From: Octopus vulgaris
Lineage: Eukaryota
NCBI GenBank assembly: GCA_951406725.2
Contig: OX597818.1
Span: 113,646,001 to 113,710,000 of the forward strand
Length of the DNA stretch: 64,000 bases
Reading direction: 5' to 3'
In this document: positions 58,060-64,000 of the stretch, piece by piece
Layout: the number at the start of each line of letters is the position of its first letter
How positions within the stretch are numbered: the first letter of the stretch is position 1
Made by a program: the position numbers and the translations under genes
Notes under the pieces: model-generated
What the model was told of the DNA's origin: nothing
Seen by the model: the letters and a program-made list of their open reading frames with translations, nothing else
Database searches by the model: none

Positions 58060-59119
58060 TATATACATACACATGTATATATGCATATATTACATTTCTA
58101 AATATCTCAGAGAGATATGAGCAGAGAGAGAGAGAGCGGTTGTATACTGTCAACATAACGTGACAGTCCCGTAAAAGGAATTACTAGACTGATGACGGGC
58201 TTCTTTCAGTTTCTGTCAATGAAATCCACTCACAAGGCTTTGGTCGGCCCGAGGCTATAATAGAAGACACTGGCCCAAGGTACCACGCAGTGGGACTGAA
58301 CCTGGTACTATGTGGTTGGTGAGCAAGCTTTTTATCACGCAGCCACAAAATATATATAATACATACACACGCCGTTTCGAAGATCGAAATCACGATCTTG
58401 CGATCATGTGGTCGATTTGTTCGACTTAAGCCAGCAAGGTGGTGCCCCTGCATGACCGGAATCATGTGTGTGTGTGTGTGTGTTTCAGTCCATGTGTGAT
58501 TCATCATTACATATTACAATAAATGACCAATTATGTTGTATCTCAATTAACTACAGCTAACTGCGTGAACTCATCAATAAAATATATCAGAATGATGGAC
58601 GTTTCCCATTTGTCTCTCTCCTTTATGTTTTCCCTTTTTCTCTCCTCAATCCAGTATCTCTCTCTCTCTCTGTCTTCCATATGTCTCCGCCTGTGTCTCT
58701 CCCACCGCCTCTGTTGCCTTCTATATGTCTGCCAACCAGTGTCTGACTGTCTCTCCGGATCATTCCTAACTTATCAACAACACTGTAGACATTCAAACAC
58801 TGAGTATCTTATTCTGGCATCATCTATATTGTCCTCTATCAGTTTAGCCGCTCCGCGCTGGAAACAAAACTCTAGACCCAATGACGTCAGCACTTCTCGT
58901 TACTATTTTTGCTATCCTATCTGTGTGCGCCTCACTATATATGTATTGGAGTTTTGTTGTTGTTGTTGTTGTTGTTGTTGATGACGATGGTTTTTTTTGC
59001 TATATTATAATCGAAAATTATATTTGATTTATTACTATTGTCAAAAATATTGTTATTATCAAAAATAATACTATACCTATCATTTCCAGAATTACAATTG
59101 TAATATTGTTGTTCCTGTC

Positions 59120-59150
59120 GGTGTTGTTGTTGTTGTTGTTGTTGTTGTTA

Positions 59151-59187
<37 letters not shown>

Positions 59188-59265
59188 GTTTACTGATGGT
59201 GTTGATGGTGTTGATGGTGTTAGCGGTGGTGGTGGTGGTGGTGGTGGTGGTGGTGGTGGTGGTAG
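59120..59265. repeat. Compound (GTT)n(ATT)n(GGT)n microsatellite
   Basis: Direct reading. Confidence 0.95.
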
Positions 59266-59403
59266 TAATGGCGGTGCGCTGTTGATGACGCTGATCATCT
59301 TATTTAAAACCCATCTTGATTGTTTGATATGCTTTCTCGAAGATTCATTAAACCCATTAGAATGAAATTAACTCTAGCTCCCTAGATGCTTCCCACTCCC
59401 CCC

Positions 59404-59481
<78 letters not shown>

Positions 59482-59654
59482 ATAGCATAAATGATATGTA
59501 TATATATCATAAATAATGATATCATTATTAATAAATAATAATAATATAGGTGGCTAGTTACACTACTGCCTTTTGGTTTGTATATATATACACACATACA
59601 TACGTATGCATGTTTATGTAGATATGCGTGCGTGCGAGCATGTCTGTGTTATAT

Positions 59655-60172
59655 GTACATACATACATACATACGCACACACAAACATACATACATACAT
59701 ACATACATACATACATACACATACATATATATACATACATACATACATACATGCATGCATGCATACATACATACATACATAAACATACATACATACATAC
59801 ATACATACATACATACATACATACATACATACATACATACATACATACATACATACATGGTGGCTGCCCCCTCGTTATCGAGTATGGCCATTGCACGAAG
59901 CTTAATCAATGTTGTTATCGCGCATTGCCTGTGCAAGGAGATTTTTTTTTAAAGTGAGGAAAGGCTGTGCACTGAGTCAATCCCACTCATTAAGCAACAG
60001 CAGACATAATCCGAAAAGAAGAACAAGTCAACATCATCGGTAACCACTGAGCCGCAGGTTTTATGTCGGAGTTATCCCAGTTTCCTGAGTTACCTTCTCC
60101 TAGAAGGATGCCCTAACAAAGGCTAGGAGTCCTTCATACATACATACATACATACATACATACATACATACA

Positions 60173-60200
<28 letters not shown>
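59655..60200. repeat. (TACA)n arrays flanking a short retroposon-like insert
   Basis: Direct reading; the insert at 59858-60135 ends in a (TGTA)n tail on the minus strand. Confidence 0.85.
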
Positions 60201-60208
<8 letters not shown>

Positions 60209-63200
60209 TATGTATGTATGTATTTGTGCGTGCGTGCGTGTGTGTGTGTGTGTGTGCACCATGTACTCATTGATATCTTCGGCTGCCTCTCTCTGTCTCT
60301 GTTTCCCTTCTGTCATACACACACATACACATACACATACACACATACACAAACACACACACACAAACGCACACATATATATGTGTGCGCGTATATGTAT
60401 ACAGTAATAACTCATTTAACGAGGATCCGCTTTAGGAGACCCAGGAGTTACGAGTTTTATTTTCCAAGCACAAGATCCAAATTTTGAACCAAATGTAAAT
60501 GTTTCTACCCCCATAACAAATGCATCTATGTGTTACCGAGAAATTTATGGAGAGCGGAAACTCTAGGCTTGTTTTTATTAAAAAGCAATCTACAAGTCCC
60601 GTCTACGAGTGCTTGTGAATCGGTGATCACGTTCAAAGTTGATGGTGTGCATTAGTCTAGACCGAGTGAAAGTGATTCAGAAAACGATTATAATTAATAA
60701 TAAATCTTTTTTTTTTTTTGTTATATACGATCTTGACACGCTTTTTACTTTACATAAAATATTCTTTACATTCAATTTTTGTTTTATTGCCATTCATTTA
60801 CGAGGATTATAGATTTTGTAGGTACGAATTACGATTTATAACATTGCTACTATGGGAAATTATTGCTCTGCTTTATGAGTTTTTGTTTTACGAGCGATCT
60901 CCGGAAACAAATTAATTCGTATACCGAGGTATATATAATCGTGCGCACACACAGACACACACACCATCGCATGTATGTGTGTATATATGCGTGTGTATAT
61001 GTATAGCCATCTACGTATCATACTTAATGTATACACACTATCGATAGGTCAGTTGCTGCAGTGTTTGTACTGAAATAGTATATCTTATGGACTTGCTGCG
61101 TTAAAAGCTGTCAGCGAGAGGAGCAGATACATTTTGGCAATCCTGGGACCTTTCGAAATGGCGAGCACTCGCAACCAGCCACATGCTCAGACATGTTCCT
61201 GAGTCATAAATCTCATCCTAATTTTGAACAGGAAATTTGAAAAGAAAAATTATTATATTTAAATTCTATCAAATGAAGTTTATGTTTAACAAAACCTTGC
61301 ATTTTATGCCGTAAAAGTATTAATCACTAAACTGCATCCATCGAAAACTATCAGTATTTCCTACACCAGACTCAGAAAAATGAAATGAAGGCAAAAAATA
61401 TCACTTAATAGGTACGAATTACTGAGAGATGATTCGAAGAGCTGCTCGATGAGTTAAAGTGTCAGGCAATGAATTCGAGGATTCTCCGAGGGTTGTTAGG
61501 GAATGTCCATCATTCTTCTCATATGGTGACGCTTCTTACCAATATAAGAACCTTACAGCATGCAAGCGAGAGGAAGTTCAGGGAAAGAGTTATCGAAAGA
61601 GACGATAAGAAACCACAAACACTGAGATCGGAAATACAGGAATATGCCATGCTTGGTGTGTCCGGGTGTTCAGGAATTTCTAACAAGAAGGGCGCTTAGA
61701 TTTTTATCTCTTTTAAAGGATAGGAATAACTGGTACTCCATTGGTTGCGACGATGAATGACGACGATGGTTCCAGGTGAACCGATGAATGGAACAGCCTG
61801 CTCGTGAAATCAACGTGCAAATGGCTGAGCACTCCACAGACACACGTACCCTTAATGTAGTTCTCAGGGAGATTCAACGTAACACTGAATATGACAAGAC
61901 TGGCCCTTTGAAATACAAGTACTACTCATATTTGGCAACTGAGTGGACTGGAGCAACGCGAAATAAAGCGTCTTGCTCAAGGACACAATGTGTCGCCAGG
62001 AATCGAACTCACAACCTTACGATCTTGAATCGAGTGCCCTAACCGTTTCATAAGCAAAAGACGAGAGAAGTTGTATCAACCGAACAGCTTGATATCGTTC
62101 CTGTCATATTTGAAACCTTGGTATTAACCGAATAATAAACGAAATGTATTTTCTATGGCCAATCCAAAACCGATTAGACGAGGACTGACGGAGCAAGCAA
62201 TGTATATCATAGAACAAACAACATCTACGAAGAAGAGGTCGTTAAGAGCTGAACAGTATGGCTGGGTGTTGACGAAATGCAATATTGCATTAGACACATA
62301 GTGTAACACCGGAAGGAAAAGAGAGAGAGAGCGAGGTGGGGAGAGAGGGAGAAAAGCAATAAAGCAACAATTCGGTTCCAATTTGTTGTTAAAGTTTAAC
62401 ATCTGTTTGACATCTGCAATGAAAAACTTTTGACATCTCATAAATCCTCCCCTAAATTAGATTCGAGAGAACAAAATGAAGTGACCCTGAAACCAGTATG
62501 AAATAACAACCAGTAATTTACTGCGAGGCTGTCTCCTTACAACAAATACATTACATTACAATTTACATCAGAACTGGTGTAGATTTTGCCCTTTGCGCAT
62601 GATATAACACTGAAACTTGATAAAACAAATAAATACTGTTTGTTCAACAAGATAGGCCACAATTTGTGAGGATATGTATGTGTGTGATTCTTATCACTTC
62701 TAAATTCACTTGCTTATATCAACACATTACTGATACACATATAATTGACTCCAGAAGTCTGAATGTCTAAATCAATGGCTCTGAACCGGGATCCACATGA
62801 CACTTGGGGGTCCATATAAGATTCTGTTGTCAAAATTTATGTGTAAGAAATTGGCTATCCTTCTAGATTACACAATAGTTTAACAATTTTTTAATAAATT
62901 TCTAACGATATTTAATTATAAAAATATAGGATTTTTAAAAACATTGAATGGCTACGGGGATCCATCTAGGTGAAATAGGAATCAAAGGAGTCAATAGGTG
63001 AAAAATGGTTGAATCTGTGAAATTTTAAGTCCCAGACTCTACCTCTCAAACAAATGCTTTTATCACCGAGTCCAATCTATCAATTGCATTGTCACATTCT
63101 TAAGACTCACTCACCTTCTTGGAGACTGAATTCTTTCCCCCGTTACGCTCCACGCTGTTACTCATCCGTTGTGTATCAAAATGAAAGTAAAGATTAGAAA

Positions 63201-63748
63201 ACGAGGTTTTTAAACAAAATGAACGTTATGAGTGAGAGTTAATACATATATAGAGAGAAGGAGTGTCAAAGAGTATGGTAAATATATATAGAGAGATAGA
63301 ATGATGGTGCTAGATAGAGAGTGGGAGAATTGTCGATCTAAAAGTCGAGTTATTTCTCATAGAAAATTAAATCTTTTTAATATCATTCACGAACGACATT
63401 GTCTGTGAGACTCAGATTTCGAAAATCGAATTGTTTTATTTCGTTCTGGCATGAAGTTAGAGTCTTTGTATGTTTATGAATGTCTAATATGTGTCTTCCA
63501 TGCTGAAATCATTTTAGTTTCAGCACACGATCATAGATCAGTTCATTTGCCTGACAAATACAACCCAGAAATGTATATTGTTGTTCCCAAACCAACTTTG
63601 AACGAACAGACTTATAAATAAAGACCATCCAGTTTTTTTTTTGTTTTTTACCTCGGTTATTGTGTACTCCAGATAACACTCTTCAGTGTCTGACTAATTC
63701 CAAGACGGTAACGGTGCAAATGAAGGAAACTGGACTTCTATTTCTAGT

Positions 63749-64000
63749 ATAAGCGGGAAGTGTAACCTCTCGAAAGAGCTGTTCTTCACTCCTGCTCCGG
63801 AGCGTCGGCTGCGGGGTCATTCCGAAAAGCTCTACCTGCGACGATTTCATCTCAATCGAAGGAGAAGAGCTTTCTCCGTCCGGGTTGCGGATCCGTGGAA
63901 CAAGCTGCCAGACGAGATGGTGAAGATGCCGACGACCGCTTTGTTCAAAGCCTCCCTGGACCTCAAGTGGCCTGAACTCTTTACATGAACACCACCCTGT
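63749..64000 (+). mobile_element. Young 5'-truncated CR1/L2-type LINE (RT ORF C-terminus)
   Basis: Open frame 63749-63988: ...RLRGHSEKLY...RRRAFSVRVADPWNKLPDEMV...FKASLD...TGA; GC/CpG-rich with an abrupt 5' boundary. Confidence 0.88.

Noticed and set aside
58775-58858. Possible minus-strand terminal exon RGAAKLIEDNIDDARIRYSVFECLQCC*
   Set aside because: Short, no recognisable homology, and no upstream exons identified in the window.
59858-60135. Possible HDV-like ribozyme in an RTE-5'-like segment (CTAGGAGAAGGTAACTC, minus strand)
   Set aside because: The nested double pseudoknot could not be built by hand; left as an unclassified short retroposon.
61380-62441. ORFs at 61469-61699 and 62124-62441
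   Set aside because: No recognisable domain or consistent splice phases; partly SINE and purine-tract derived.

Overview
Eukaryotic, AT-rich, repeat-dense animal DNA. The SINE/LINE families and microsatellite load strongly suggest an octopus (coleoid cephalopod) genome, though this is an inference. Three spliced genes were assembled by hand with GT-AG borders and consistent exon phases. NAF1 (H/ACA RNP assembly factor) is on the minus strand, with 9 coding exons (16719->1354, 728 aa) and an unusual Trp/Asn-repeat low-complexity C-terminus. TIMM23 is on the plus strand, with 7 exons (17206-26875, 204 aa), head-to-head with NAF1 across a 486-bp bidirectional promoter. CHCHD1/mS37 is on the plus strand, with 3 coding exons (32264-45937, 119 aa) and a twin CX9C motif. 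The remainder is RTE and CR1 LINE remnants, tRNA-derived SINEs, mariner/hAT/piggyBac-like MITEs, a young 759-bp foldback element with a 9-bp TSD, and microsatellites. The main hidden signal is a set of at least six sequence-distinct type I hammerhead-ribozyme-like motifs. Most sit in Penelope-type inverted repeats, one lies directly 3' of a GIY-YIG endonuclease remnant, and one lies downstream of a tRNA-like Pol III promoter (a retrozyme/SINE-like unit). Most ORF-track entries are spurious repeat or microsatellite frames. No convincing gene was found in 50-64 kb.
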